From positions 1 through 59,795 of IMG/VR virus record IMGVR_UViG_3300047548_000345: a DNA stretch of 59,795 nucleotides, one strand, 5' to 3'. Of this stretch, positions 27,259-37,334 are shown in pieces; the first letter of the stretch is position 1, and every line of letters starts with the position of its first letter. This stretch comes from a virus (Duplodnaviria; Caudoviricetes). The notes beneath the pieces are model-generated. The model did no database searches. It had not been told where the DNA came from and was given only the letters and a program-made list of their open reading frames with translations. Made by a program: the position numbers and the translations under genes.

Positions 27259-27678
27259 TTAATTACAAACGACTTGCGAAATTGTCTGACCTGTGGCAGC
27301 ATCATAACCAAGCACTTGACGGAAACATTGCTGTTGAATAACCGGCGCTGCATAAGCAGGCTGATTGATCAAAGCACCACCGATAAGGCCGCCAAGTAAA
27401 CCAAGCCCGACACCTGCGGCGATAGCACCACCATTATTCCAGCCGCCGCCATAACCACGGCCACCATAATAGTTATTCTGGACATATCTATTGCCATTGT
27501 TGCGATAATAATTTCCACTATTTCTGTAGTAGTTATTATTAGGTCTATAATTTCGCTGAACATAATTACGAGAAGGAGGAGAATAACCACCGCCTTGTCG
27601 ACCTCGTTGCTGCTGTGCTTCTGCGATAGTCGGTATTACAAATAATGTAATTGCAGCTAATGTAGTTACGAGACGCAT
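27259..27678 (-). CDS. Secreted Gly/Asn/Tyr-rich protein (BA14K-like glycine zipper)
   Basis: Signal peptide, NYYRN repeats, GVGLGLLGGLIGGAL. Confidence 0.55.
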   Translation of the reverse strand: MRLVTTLAAITLFVIPTIAEAQQQRGRQGGGYSPPSRNYVQRNYRPNNNYYRNSGNYYRNNGNRYVQNNYYGGRGYGGGWNNGGAIAAGVGLGLLGGLIGGALINQPAYAAPVIQQQCFRQVLGYDAATGQTISQVVCN

Positions 27679-27703
27679 GGTTATTCTCCTGTCTCAGTTA
27701 TAG

Positions 27704-27779
27704 TGGAGCGGGGTGCCAGTAACGCTCTGGTCCTATCTAGCTTGGAAGGCTAGCGCACATCTATCTATACCAACCCCGC
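27704..27779 (-). tRNA. tRNA-Gly(TCC), non-canonical D and T loops
   Basis: GCG/CGC-T-CCA, loop CTTCCAA; T-loop AGCGTTA, no D-loop GG. Confidence 0.75.
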
Positions 27780-27785
27780 GATTGA

Positions 27786-28046
27786 TTACTTAGTCTTTGA
27801 CTTAGGCTTAGCCGCTGTCTTAGTCTTAGCAGGCGCCTTTGTCTTATCGGCAACTTTGTTCGCTGTCTTATTAACAGCCTTGCGAACATTCTTCTTAGCC
27901 TTTTCGACAACAACCTCAGCATCAGCCTTACTGACCTGGCCATCTTTGTTGAGGTCGAAGATATTCTGACCTTCTCTGATGTTGAGCATCCAATAGGCAG
28001 CAAAACCAACTGCGGCTAATGCGATCAATACAATTAAAACTTCCAT
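27786..28046 (-). CDS. Membrane-anchored protein with EF-hand-like loop and Lys/Ala tail
   Basis: N-terminal TM, DLNKDGQVSKAD. Confidence 0.55.
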   Translation of the reverse strand: MEVLIVLIALAAVGFAAYWMLNIREGQNIFDLNKDGQVSKADAEVVVEKAKKNVRKAVNKTANKVADKTKAPAKTKTAAKPKSKTK

Positions 28047-28048
28047 TT

Positions 28049-28297
28049 TTAACTCCTAACTAATTTAGTCATACCATACAAATCTGGATAAAGTCTTTCC
28101 AGCAAGATCATTGCATCCAGTATATAGCCACGCCGAAAGCGCCAGATGACTTCTTCCATTCCATCATCTAATGTATGAATTTCTTTTTTCTGTCCTTTAT
28201 CTAAAACAACGAAACCACGTTTTTCAAGTTCATCTATCAGGTCATCATCATCTAAATCATCAAGATCAACATAAACATCTGCGGACACATATGGCAT
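28049..28297 (-). CDS. Hypothetical protein
   Basis: VDLDDLDDDDLIDELEKRG. Confidence 0.6.
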   Translation of the reverse strand: MPYVSADVYVDLDDLDDDDLIDELEKRGFVVLDKGQKKEIHTLDDGMEEVIWRFRRGYILDAMILLERLYPDLYGMTKLVRS

Positions 28298-28300
28298 GAT

Positions 28301-29239
28301 CTAGTTCCTCATTGACTCTATAATAGATACTATATCATGCTCAGGTAGGAATTGCAAGTCATTTCTCATCTTAGTCGTATCGGAATACAAGATTGGAAGA
28401 TCACCATTCCGTCTAGGCTTAAACTCAATCAAAAGTGACTTTCCTTGAGTTACTTCTACCTTGTCAATAACTTCCATAACAGAGTGACCTTGACCTGTTC
28501 CTAGATTACATACTATTCCTTTATCATTCTTTTCCATGTATTCATATGCTTTGATATGGGCTCGGCAAAGATCGATCACATGAATATAATCACGAACGGC
28601 GGTACCATCTGGTGTATCATAAGTGTTGCCATACACAGTAACTTTATTGTGTTTGATTAAATTAGGAATCAAGTGTGTTTCTGGTTCATGTTCTTCATAT
28701 AGATTGGCTTCAACACTTCTACCTGCTGCATTGAAGTATCTCAGCAAAGAAACACGAACACCATGTTCTTTTTCAGCAGCGAGAAGAATATCTTCTGCAA
28801 TGCTTTTACTTGCTGCATAAACACTCTCAGGCTTCTTCTTTTCACTTTCACTAATAGGCAAACTCTTTGGTGTGCCATACACCGCACAAGTGCTAGAGAA
28901 AACAAAGTTCTTGACACCATAATGGATAGCCTCATCCATCATCTTGACGGTGCTCAAAACATTATTGCGATAATATGTGTAAGGCTTTTCTTCACTCTCA
29001 GGAACAACTGCGAGTGCAGCAAAGTGAAAGATGCAATCGATACCTTTGTGAAACTCAAAGAGATTTGCATTTGTCTTTGAAATATCTCTCAAATCAAATA
29101 CATCATAAAGATGGTCGAGTTTATGTTTTCTATGCTTATCGATGGCGATGATGAAACAATCAGGATAGGCTTTACGCAATTCATAGCACATATGCGAGCC
29201 AATATAACCACTCGCACCGGTTACCACAAACTTTTTCAT
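28301..29239 (-). CDS. galE: UDP-glucose 4-epimerase
   Basis: TGASGYIG, HFAA, FSSTCAVYG, YAASK, LRYFNAAG, TPDGTAVRDYIHV. Confidence 0.9.
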   Translation of the reverse strand: MKKFVVTGASGYIGSHMCYELRKAYPDCFIIAIDKHRKHKLDHLYDVFDLRDISKTNANLFEFHKGIDCIFHFAALAVVPESEEKPYTYYRNNVLSTVKMMDEAIHYGVKNFVFSSTCAVYGTPKSLPISESEKKKPESVYAASKSIAEDILLAAEKEHGVRVSLLRYFNAAGRSVEANLYEEHEPETHLIPNLIKHNKVTVYGNTYDTPDGTAVRDYIHVIDLCRAHIKAYEYMEKNDKGIVCNLGTGQGHSVMEVIDKVEVTQGKSLLIEFKPRRNGDLPILYSDTTKMRNDLQFLPEHDIVSIIESMRN

Positions 29240-29403
29240 TTCTTCAACCTTTGTTTGGCTGTCTTGATGATTTCGACTTTACGATCTTTGGTTGCTGCGA
29301 ACCATTCTTCTATCTCTTGAAGGGTTCGACCGCACGATTGACAATGTTGAATAACAGGATCATAATCACAAATTTCTTTACATGGAGATTTAGGTGTATT
29401 CAT
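29236..29403 (-). CDS. DUF1289-like Cys-rich protein
   Basis: Manual: SPCKEIC...CQSCGRTLQEIEEW. Confidence 0.7.
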   Translation of the reverse strand: MNTPKSPCKEICDYDPVIQHCQSCGRTLQEIEEWFAATKDRKVEIIKTAKQRLKK

Positions 29404-30115
29404 TTCTTCTAATTAACTGTGCTGATAGATTGATTACTCTGTCTAAGTTTTTGACTGAAAATACTTTACGATCTTTGTTTGAAAGAGTCCACATTTCATC
29501 TCTGAAACGATCTGGTGCCGATTTGAGCCAACTGTCATTTGTCTCTGACTTCAATTGATACCACCATTCTTTAGTCGATGGATCAGGTAAAGTCTTGATA
29601 TAAGATGAGTTAGCCCACCAAAAGTTTCCGCTAAAATGTGGAGCTGGTTCATCAAAGTAATTTACACCAGCCACATCATATGTATCTAACGCCTCAACAC
29701 ATTCTTTCCACTTTTCAATGACACCCCAATTTAAAAACTGACGCCAATAATAATAGTTCTTGAAAGTATGACCATTACCAGTTTGCAAATGATTTTCAAC
29801 AGATGTTATGCCTTTAGAGTGTAAATATAACATACTGAAATTGTCCGTCTGGCTATCTTTCCACATCTTTCTCATCATAACATTCTCAGCCTCAGGTTCA
29901 TTCATATAGACTGAAAGTTCAATATTGCGAAATGTGGCTAGAAGACTAATGAAGTTTTCGATATGTCTTTTATCATTAGCAATAGCAGTGACTTTTACAT
30001 CATCGAAATCATGTAACAAGCCAACATCTTCAAGGAGTTTGAATTGCTCCATGAAGATATGGCTCCACGTTCCATAGTCATTCAAAAAGATATGATAATA
30101 TAAGACTTTTTTCAC
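29390..30115 (-). CDS. Putative glycosyltransferase-like protein
   Basis: LYLHSKG, YWRQFL, HFSGNFWWA; sugar-cluster context. Confidence 0.5.
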   Translation of the reverse strand: MKKVLYYHIFLNDYGTWSHIFMEQFKLLEDVGLLHDFDDVKVTAIANDKRHIENFISLLATFRNIELSVYMNEPEAENVMMRKMWKDSQTDNFSMLYLHSKGITSVENHLQTGNGHTFKNYYYWRQFLNWGVIEKWKECVEALDTYDVAGVNYFDEPAPHFSGNFWWANSSYIKTLPDPSTKEWWYQLKSETNDSWLKSAPDRFRDEMWTLSNKDRKVFSVKNLDRVINLSAQLIRRNEYT

Positions 30116-31347
30116 GAACGAGTTTCTACTTTAGGGAAATATGTGATGAAACGATCATATTGATTGTTACGGCGTGCCTTGATCTTGGTGACAATTTCAT
30201 CGAAGAAGTTCCATGCGAGAGGCACAAAGACCAATGTCGAATCATATTCATCAAGTTTGGTTGCAGGATAAATTGGAATACTAGAACCTGGTGTAAATCG
30301 TCCTTGCTTAAGAGGATTGTCATCAATGATGAAGTCCAGTTTAAGACCAGAATAATTGAGCAGCGTCATACCTTTTGCTGGTGCACCATAACCAATAGCA
30401 AGCCAACCAATATCACTGCGAGTATATTGTGAAACTTCATCAACAAGTTCTTTTACAATTTCATTACAACGAGCCGCATATTTGACATAGGTATCAGGCT
30501 CATAAAGACCGTCAACAGCTTCATGTTGTAGAACACTCAAAACATTACCTTCACGAGGAGTTTTGCTGATGCAAAAGATATAACTTGTGCCATGAATAGG
30601 CATAAACTCCACATTGAACAAATGCAGACCAGCACGTTCGCAAAGTGTCTTCATTGACAATGTATTGAAGAACGAGATATGCTCATGATAGATTGTATCA
30701 AACTCATTGTTCTTAATCATATGAGCCTGAGAAGTTTGAATGTAGAGTGTTGTATCATCATTCATCAACATTCTAGCTGCTCTGAGAAAACCAAGCGGAT
30801 CAGGACCGTGAGCAAAGACATTCTGTGCTGTCATAACATCAATATGAATACCCGCCTTCTGTAATTCTCTTGCAAAATCTTCATTGAACCAGTCGCAGAA
30901 AACAAGGTGATCTTTTGAAGAGGTCTCAACAAGGTTCTTTGCTGGATCAACACCAAATGTTCTATAGCCGATCTTCTTGAAATAATCTAACTGAGTGCCA
31001 TCATTGCAACCAATGTCAAAGACAGTTTTGTTGGGAACATCACCAACAAATTTATCTGTCATTGCAGCAAAATCTTCAAAATGCTTGTGCATTGTCTTGG
31101 CTGTGCCAGACACATAAAGATAGTCCTCAAACATAAGTTTAGGATTGACAGAATGTGTCAACTGCACATGATAACATTCTTCACAATGATTGATAGCCAA
31201 AGGATATTCTGCTTGAACATCATCCTTGTTTAGTTTGAATGAGTTAGCAAGAGGCTGCTTACCCAAGTTAAGGACAAGTTTCAGCTTGTGAGAACCGCAG
31301 GCTACACATTGCTTAAGTTCTGTTACATCAGAGTTTTGGTGCGACAC
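30112..31347 (-). CDS. NDP-hexose C-methyltransferase
   Basis: CVACG, QPLAN, DIGCNDG, FDTIYHEH, GYGAPAKG, LAWNF. Confidence 0.9.
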   Translation of the reverse strand: MSHQNSDVTELKQCVACGSHKLKLVLNLGKQPLANSFKLNKDDVQAEYPLAINHCEECYHVQLTHSVNPKLMFEDYLYVSGTAKTMHKHFEDFAAMTDKFVGDVPNKTVFDIGCNDGTQLDYFKKIGYRTFGVDPAKNLVETSSKDHLVFCDWFNEDFARELQKAGIHIDVMTAQNVFAHGPDPLGFLRAARMLMNDDTTLYIQTSQAHMIKNNEFDTIYHEHISFFNTLSMKTLCERAGLHLFNVEFMPIHGTSYIFCISKTPREGNVLSVLQHEAVDGLYEPDTYVKYAARCNEIVKELVDEVSQYTRSDIGWLAIGYGAPAKGMTLLNYSGLKLDFIIDDNPLKQGRFTPGSSIPIYPATKLDEYDSTLVFVPLAWNFFDEIVTKIKARRNNQYDRFITYFPKVETRS

Positions 31348-31993
31348 GCTGCATCTTCCTTTTGCCAAACTTTTCAAACACGACCATACTATCATAAAAG
31401 AATACGCCAGTCAAGTCTTTACCGATCTTATTCAATCTATCTAGATCAGTGTTATAGTTTTCTTTCCAATCCCAATGAAGAACATCAACATACTGTTTTG
31501 CATATTCGATGAAAGTTCCTTTACGGTTCAAACCGCCACCATTATGTGCCATATAACTCGTATGACAATCTTCACAAATGAAGATACTGCCAACAGGCAT
31601 GACAGGAAAGATTTTTTCAAACGTGAGGATTTGTTGATCCATATAGTGACCACCATCGTCAATGAAAACATCGATCTTAGGATTGCCTGCTAAGAAACTA
31701 TCCCAAAAAGCAGGATCACCTTGATCACCAATGAGAACTTTTACATTTGGATTATCATAGGTGAGTTTAGCACATTCAGGATCAACATCGATACCTGTGA
31801 TCTTTGCACCTTCACCAAAGAATGATCCCCACATATCAAGAGAACCACCTTTTTGAACGCCAACTTCTACAATGTTGAGTTCTGTTCCTCTCCAGCGACG
31901 AAGATGCCTTTCATAGACTTCGAAGTATGGCTCCCACTTATCAGATGGGTGTTTTGCATTATCGAAACATTCTCTCAAAAAAGATACACTCAT
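31328..31993 (-). CDS. Class I SAM O-methyltransferase
   Basis: KWEPYFEVY, EVGVQKGGSL, GDQ, IDDGGH, ED. Confidence 0.85.
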   Translation of the reverse strand: MSVSFLRECFDNAKHPSDKWEPYFEVYERHLRRWRGTELNIVEVGVQKGGSLDMWGSFFGEGAKITGIDVDPECAKLTYDNPNVKVLIGDQGDPAFWDSFLAGNPKIDVFIDDGGHYMDQQILTFEKIFPVMPVGSIFICEDCHTSYMAHNGGGLNRKGTFIEYAKQYVDVLHWDWKENYNTDLDRLNKIGKDLTGVFFYDSMVVFEKFGKRKMQRVAPKL

Positions 31994-33033
31994 TCTACTT
32001 CAATCCATTCTGGGTTTGCAAGAGACCATTCAACAACTTCTTTGATACGATCTTGCAGGCTGTGACGAGGTTCCCAACCGAGGTCACGCATGAAGTCTCC
32101 AGACAAGGCATAACGAAGATCATGGCCAGGTCGTGAAGTGTGGAAGTCTACCATTTCATATTTCAATTCTTTGTTCTGTGCATCAGCAATGATTTGCACC
32201 ATCTGTAGATTGTTGATTTCTTCTTTGCCGACAACATTGAATTTCGGACACTTTGCACCACCATAATCAGGTGTATAAACTTTCTTCATCTGTTCGTCAT
32301 TGAGATGCAACAAGAAATACATTGCATCAGCAACATCTTTTGCGTGAACGTAGAAGCGAGAACCTGGAATGGTCTTCGAAGGATCGGAGTGAATATGAAT
32401 TGTTTCACCATCTCTAATCTTACGAATAGACATGGGAATAAATTTCTCTGGATGCTGACGTTCACCGAAGACATTCATTGTATGGGTGATAAAGATGGGT
32501 AACTTGTAAGTGTTTTCGTAGGCAACACAAAACTCCTCAGCAGCAGCCTTCGATGCTGAATATGGGTTGGTTGAATTGTAACGATCACGTTCAGCATATG
32601 CAACACCATTTGGTGCAATACCAAAGATTTCATCTGTGGAGAAATAAATCATACGCTCAAGGTTCTTCAACTTACGAGCGAAGTTGAGGACATTCACGGT
32701 GCCAACCGTGTTGTCCATCAAAAACTCCATTGGGTGAGAAATAGAACGATCAACGTGCGATGCAGCAGCAAGGTGAAGAATGATATTAACATCACCAATC
32801 ATATTTGCGGTAAGGTCTTGAATCTCAGCCTTCAAATCATGCCATACAATCTTGACGCGCTTTCTTGTTTCCGCAGGATATTTGCGAACCACATTATCGA
32901 GTCTATTGAGATTACCTGAATAGTCAAGACGATCTAGAGAAATAATTTCCCAATCTGTCTTTTCAAGAAAGAGGTCTACGATGTGATGACCGATGAAGCC
33001 TGCGCCACCGGTAATGAGAACACGTTTAGCCAT
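31990..33033 (-). CDS. rfbB: dTDP-glucose 4,6-dehydratase
   Basis: TGGAGFIG, AAASHVDRSI, STDE, PYSASK, QHPEKFIP, RPGHDLRY. Confidence 0.9.
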   Translation of the reverse strand: MAKRVLITGGAGFIGHHIVDLFLEKTDWEIISLDRLDYSGNLNRLDNVVRKYPAETRKRVKIVWHDLKAEIQDLTANMIGDVNIILHLAAASHVDRSISHPMEFLMDNTVGTVNVLNFARKLKNLERMIYFSTDEIFGIAPNGVAYAERDRYNSTNPYSASKAAAEEFCVAYENTYKLPIFITHTMNVFGERQHPEKFIPMSIRKIRDGETIHIHSDPSKTIPGSRFYVHAKDVADAMYFLLHLNDEQMKKVYTPDYGGAKCPKFNVVGKEEINNLQMVQIIADAQNKELKYEMVDFHTSRPGHDLRYALSGDFMRDLGWEPRHSLQDRIKEVVEWSLANPEWIEVE

Positions 33034-33035
33034 TA

Positions 33036-33797
33036 TTATTCACCTTTATCATTCTGTTTCACATAAGCCCGCAAAGTCTCTTGCCGGTCTTCATATATAT
33101 ATGTTCTATTAAACTTCTCTTTCATATACTTTGGAAACCATTCTTTCATCAAGTATTCCATTTCTGAAAAAGCATTGGTCTTATCATACCAACTTTCACG
33201 GCGCATGTGCTTGATGGAAGTTTCATGTATAACAAAAGCAGTCTGTCCAAGATAATGACACATAATCTTGTCAATTCCCCATTCAGACTCATTATACACA
33301 TAATCAGTGAGTAATGTCAAGACTTTTTTGAAAATGTCTGCACGATAAAATGGAACACCCATTTCGGTAAAGTTCGTTTCTGCAAATACCCAATCTTTAT
33401 TTTGTTCCAAGCAAGGATAAACTGTCCATGAAGTCAAAGATTGTTGAAACAATCGCATATCATAACCACGGGCTAACATCAATGCAATCTCAACGGACTG
33501 AATATCGGTGCAGTAATCATCATCCCAATAACCGATATAGTCATAATCCCACCACTTGACTCCTTTAGTTGCTAAAAAATCGCAGAGTTCAGGCAATTGT
33601 TTCCATTTATGACGAACAGGATAGTGAAAAAAGTAATCATATGATCCTTCTTCTGGTACATAATCATCTTTGAAGCCAATAACACAAACTTCGAACGTGC
33701 GATTTGGCTTATTGAAGCGCCAATGATTGTCTTTGTCATAATCATCATCAAAGAACATTGGACAGCCGGTTGGTGTAATGATGAGAGCTTTAAACAT
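33036..33797 (-). CDS. GT-A fold glycosyltransferase-like (DUF707-like)
   Basis: YDYIGYWDDD, TNFTEMG, WGID. Confidence 0.55.
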   Translation of the reverse strand: MFKALIITPTGCPMFFDDDYDKDNHWRFNKPNRTFEVCVIGFKDDYVPEEGSYDYFFHYPVRHKWKQLPELCDFLATKGVKWWDYDYIGYWDDDYCTDIQSVEIALMLARGYDMRLFQQSLTSWTVYPCLEQNKDWVFAETNFTEMGVPFYRADIFKKVLTLLTDYVYNESEWGIDKIMCHYLGQTAFVIHETSIKHMRRESWYDKTNAFSEMEYLMKEWFPKYMKEKFNRTYIYEDRQETLRAYVKQNDKGE

Positions 33798-34683
33798 TAT
33801 TAATCACGCCTTTATAAACATTTTTTTCAAACCAAGTTAGAAAACGATCTTTGTCCATAAACTTATTAGCACGTTGATAATCTACGAACATTGGTTGCAT
33901 ATACATTTCTTCATAGAGATCAGGATTTTCATCAATGCGTTTGATAGCTTCAAAGAAAGCATCATCATCCTGATAGTCATGCCAATTTAGAAAGGCTTTT
34001 GGATTGAAGTCTGTTTCTACAGAAGGTGAACCCCAATAGATTGGAATAGTCTTAGCACACAGAGCATCGTAGAGCTTTTCTGTTACATAACCAGGCCACG
34101 ATGAGTTCTCAAAGCAAAGATTGAATTTATATGAATTAAGAAACTTAAATTTAGCTTCTACAGCCTGATCACCACGAGGAAGAATATGACCAATGTTATT
34201 GAACAGAGGGCCACCAGAAGCAACAGGTTTATATAAACTCAATTTGTGAAACCATTTGTTACGCATTTCACAATTAGGATTTTTGACAACGAATGAACAG
34301 AAACCTTCTTTCTTTTCATTTAGATCGGATGGTTGGCGATTGATGTTGCTTGTATTAGGAACATCTCTATTGTGATTATCATAATCATAGATGACCCACA
34401 AAGGTAATCTATAATTGCGATTATCTAGATCCATATGATCGAATGAAATTGAAAAGTGGCAAGGATAACTCCAAGGTCTTTCATTCTCACCTGTATAGAA
34501 AATTCTTATATTGTTCTTACCAAGATATGTTTTGTTGTTTTCACCAAAGTTCTTATCACCAAAGATAAGGTAGTCAGGATTTACATCATCACGAATGACA
34601 TTAAATCTTTCTGACAAAATATTGGTAAAAAAGTTTTCGATAGCACCAAATGTATCTGTGAAGCCTAGTCTCAAAACTTTCAT
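33790..34683 (-). CDS. GT10 alpha-1,3-fucosyltransferase-like
   Basis: FYTGEN, FCSFVV, YKFNLCFENSS..GYVTEKL, IPIYWG. Confidence 0.9.
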   Translation of the reverse strand: MKVLRLGFTDTFGAIENFFTNILSERFNVIRDDVNPDYLIFGDKNFGENNKTYLGKNNIRIFYTGENERPWSYPCHFSISFDHMDLDNRNYRLPLWVIYDYDNHNRDVPNTSNINRQPSDLNEKKEGFCSFVVKNPNCEMRNKWFHKLSLYKPVASGGPLFNNIGHILPRGDQAVEAKFKFLNSYKFNLCFENSSWPGYVTEKLYDALCAKTIPIYWGSPSVETDFNPKAFLNWHDYQDDDAFFEAIKRIDENPDLYEEMYMQPMFVDYQRANKFMDKDRFLTWFEKNVYKGVINNV

Positions 34684-34688
34684 AATGA

Positions 34689-35783
34689 TTACCTTCTTAT
34701 AAATTCTTCTTCAACATAACCTCTTCTGAACCAGAAAGGAACTCTGGTTACTCGGTTCATAGGAGTAATATCACAAACCTTGAAAGGATCAATCTCTCTA
34801 TTGATAGACAAGAAGTGTTTGCTATTCTTACTTATCTTCTCCACATAGTCTTTAGCCACTTGCAAATTATATTCTGTCAGACCATCAACATTGACAACCA
34901 GATCAGCCTTACCTGTAAATTCTTCTGGTGAGATGACTTTTATGCCATGGTTGTCTAAGTTAGTATTGAGGAAATATTTTGTTGAGATCGCAACAGTAGG
35001 GATTTCTACAAGAGTGAGATTCTTAAATCCTAGTTTGTAAAGATAGTATGCTAAGTGACCAACACCAGCACCAATTTCAGTTATTGCGATATTTTTACGA
35101 TCCCAATATCTTTCTGCAATACGAATAGCAACACCAAGAGACATAATATCTCTATCACTATAAAGCCCATGTTTTTCTGATTGTAGACCAAAATGATAAC
35201 CTTGATACTTTGGTGCAGAAAGATCGCAGTTGTCATTATTGTATTCTAGCATCTCAATATACTTATCGACTGAGATTGCATAGAAACGCAAAAAGTCATT
35301 CTTCTTAGAAAATTCCTCAGGTGAAAATAGAGGAATAAGACCGGTTGCTTCCATCAAAGATAGCAACTTATCATAGATAGCAAAGGCTACATGCTGCTGA
35401 ATATCATCTTCATTTCTGGTAAGAAGACCGTAGTATCGATCACCTTGTGCCGTTCCGTTTGTGATAGGCTGTCTAAACATACCACTCATGTAATTGTGTA
35501 GATTATCTAGGTCTTTTCTCAATAAAAACTTAACTACATCTTCATGACCTGGAACAATAGAGTCCCAAATAATCGAATCGCTTTTTAGGTCTTCTTTCTT
35601 TGTTCTTTCGATAAAATATTCACATAGTTCTGTGAGCATCTTATCATCTCTAACGGCAACAGGTTTTCCCCAACCAGAGATGTAGTTACCTTCGGCTGGC
35701 GGATGATTAATCATAAGAAAGCCTGTGAAGTGGCTTGATGGCAACTTCACAGTCCATTTCATCAATCTAATTTCTTTATTCAT
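34689..35783 (-). CDS. Putative sugar O-methyltransferase
   Basis: EIGAGVGHLAY, DLVVNVDGLTE, FLSINRE. Confidence 0.65.
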   Translation of the reverse strand: MNKEIRLMKWTVKLPSSHFTGFLMINHPPAEGNYISGWGKPVAVRDDKMLTELCEYFIERTKKEDLKSDSIIWDSIVPGHEDVVKFLLRKDLDNLHNYMSGMFRQPITNGTAQGDRYYGLLTRNEDDIQQHVAFAIYDKLLSLMEATGLIPLFSPEEFSKKNDFLRFYAISVDKYIEMLEYNNDNCDLSAPKYQGYHFGLQSEKHGLYSDRDIMSLGVAIRIAERYWDRKNIAITEIGAGVGHLAYYLYKLGFKNLTLVEIPTVAISTKYFLNTNLDNHGIKVISPEEFTGKADLVVNVDGLTEYNLQVAKDYVEKISKNSKHFLSINREIDPFKVCDITPMNRVTRVPFWFRRGYVEEEFIRR

Positions 35784-36804
35784 TACTAAGATTTACTCTT
35801 TTTTCAATCCATTCATAAGTCTTTTGCATACCTAAGAAAAGTGGATATGAAGGTCTCCAATTCAACTTTTCTCCAATCAGTCTATTATCTGAGTTACGAC
35901 CTCTCACGCCTGTAGGACCATCGATATAAACCTTTTCTAATTGTTTACCACCAATATCACAAGCCATATCGACAAGTCTATTGATCGTAACCATTTCATC
36001 AGAACCGATATTCACAGGTCCCATGAAGTCAGATTCCATCAAACGGCGAACACCTTCAATACACTCATCAATATACAAGAATGATCTTGTTTGATTACCA
36101 TCACCCCAAATCTCAATCTTATCATCACTTGTAATGACTTTGCGACAAATGGCTGCGGGCGCCTTTTCTTTACCGCCTTGCCATGTGCCTAGAGGACCGT
36201 AGATATTATGGAATCTAGCAATGCGAACAGGAATACCATAATTGCGATTATAGGCAAGATAAAGTCTTTCACTGAATAATTTTTCCCATCCATATTCACT
36301 ATCCGGGTTAGCAGGGTAAGCACTGTCTTCTGCACAGTTTGGGTTATTTGGATCAAGTTGATTGTGTTCAGGATACATACATGCTGATGATGAATAGAAA
36401 ACTTTTGGATAATGCTCATCATTGTGCTTAACTAATGCATCAAGCAAATTTAGATTAATCATGGCTGAGTTGTGCATCACATCAGCATCGTGTTCACCGG
36501 TGAAGATATAACCAGCACCACCCATATCAGCAGCGAATTGATAAATCTCATCAAATGGTTTATCAAATTGCATAGCAAAAATTTCATATGGATTACGATT
36601 GCAACCTGCATATCCAACAAGTTGCTCAACATCGCGTTGATCACGAAGATCACGGATTACAAAATGATCCGCCTCAGTCTTATCATATTCAGGATATTTA
36701 AGGTCGACACCGCGAACCCAATATCCTTCCGCTTTAAGTCTCTTGACCATGTGGTTGCCAATGAAACCGCCAGCGCCTAGAACAAGTGCTGTTTTCTTTG
36801 TCAT
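35776..36804 (-). CDS. GDP-mannose 3,5-epimerase-like SDR
   Basis: GAGGFIG, AADMGGAG, SSSACMYP, YGWEK, EKAPAAICRK, GVRGRNSDN. Confidence 0.9.
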   Translation of the reverse strand: MTKKTALVLGAGGFIGNHMVKRLKAEGYWVRGVDLKYPEYDKTEADHFVIRDLRDQRDVEQLVGYAGCNRNPYEIFAMQFDKPFDEIYQFAADMGGAGYIFTGEHDADVMHNSAMINLNLLDALVKHNDEHYPKVFYSSSACMYPEHNQLDPNNPNCAEDSAYPANPDSEYGWEKLFSERLYLAYNRNYGIPVRIARFHNIYGPLGTWQGGKEKAPAAICRKVITSDDKIEIWGDGNQTRSFLYIDECIEGVRRLMESDFMGPVNIGSDEMVTINRLVDMACDIGGKQLEKVYIDGPTGVRGRNSDNRLIGEKLNWRPSYPLFLGMQKTYEWIEKRVNLSNE

Positions 36805-36806
36805 AG

Positions 36807-37334
36807 TTACCTCTTATACCAAAACCAAACGGCTCTATTTGAAACCTGAATTGGTGTTCCAATTCTCACTTCTCTACGAAACTTACTCAATTCTTCTTTC
36901 ACAGGAACATATTCGTGCCCGTTACCACAAAAGATACCACCACTCTTTACAAGATCATAGTATAGCTTAAGATTATCGGAAGTGCAAGCACTTTGATCTA
37001 TGCAGACAATATCACTTTCTCTATCGGATTTGAATCTGATTTTGTCTTTGATATTTTTAATATTCGCTTCAAATACTTTCTTATAATTTTGCGACTTCTC
37101 ATCTTCACCATAATTATTGATAACGAAAACGCGAGCAATCTTAGGGCAATTATCTATAAGGTCTACGGTAGAATCACCTTTCAAATCACCAACAATGGTA
37201 ATCTTTACTTTGTCTTTCCTCATTCTATTAACATAAGGAATAATGCCTCTAGAAATCATAGTGGTAGAAGGCCACATTCCCATAGCCCTCAATTGATCAA
37301 TTTCAAAAAATTCTGGATCACCAATCATTATCAA
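36807..37334 (-). CDS. Degenerate methyltransferase-fold protein
   Basis: DIVCID...YYDLVKSGGIFCGNGHEY. Confidence 0.5.
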   Translation of the reverse strand: MIMIGDPEFFEIDQLRAMGMWPSTTMISRGIIPYVNRMRKDKVKITIVGDLKGDSTVDLIDNCPKIARVFVINNYGEDEKSQNYKKVFEANIKNIKDKIRFKSDRESDIVCIDQSACTSDNLKLYYDLVKSGGIFCGNGHEYVPVKEELSKFRREVRIGTPIQVSNRAVWFWYKR

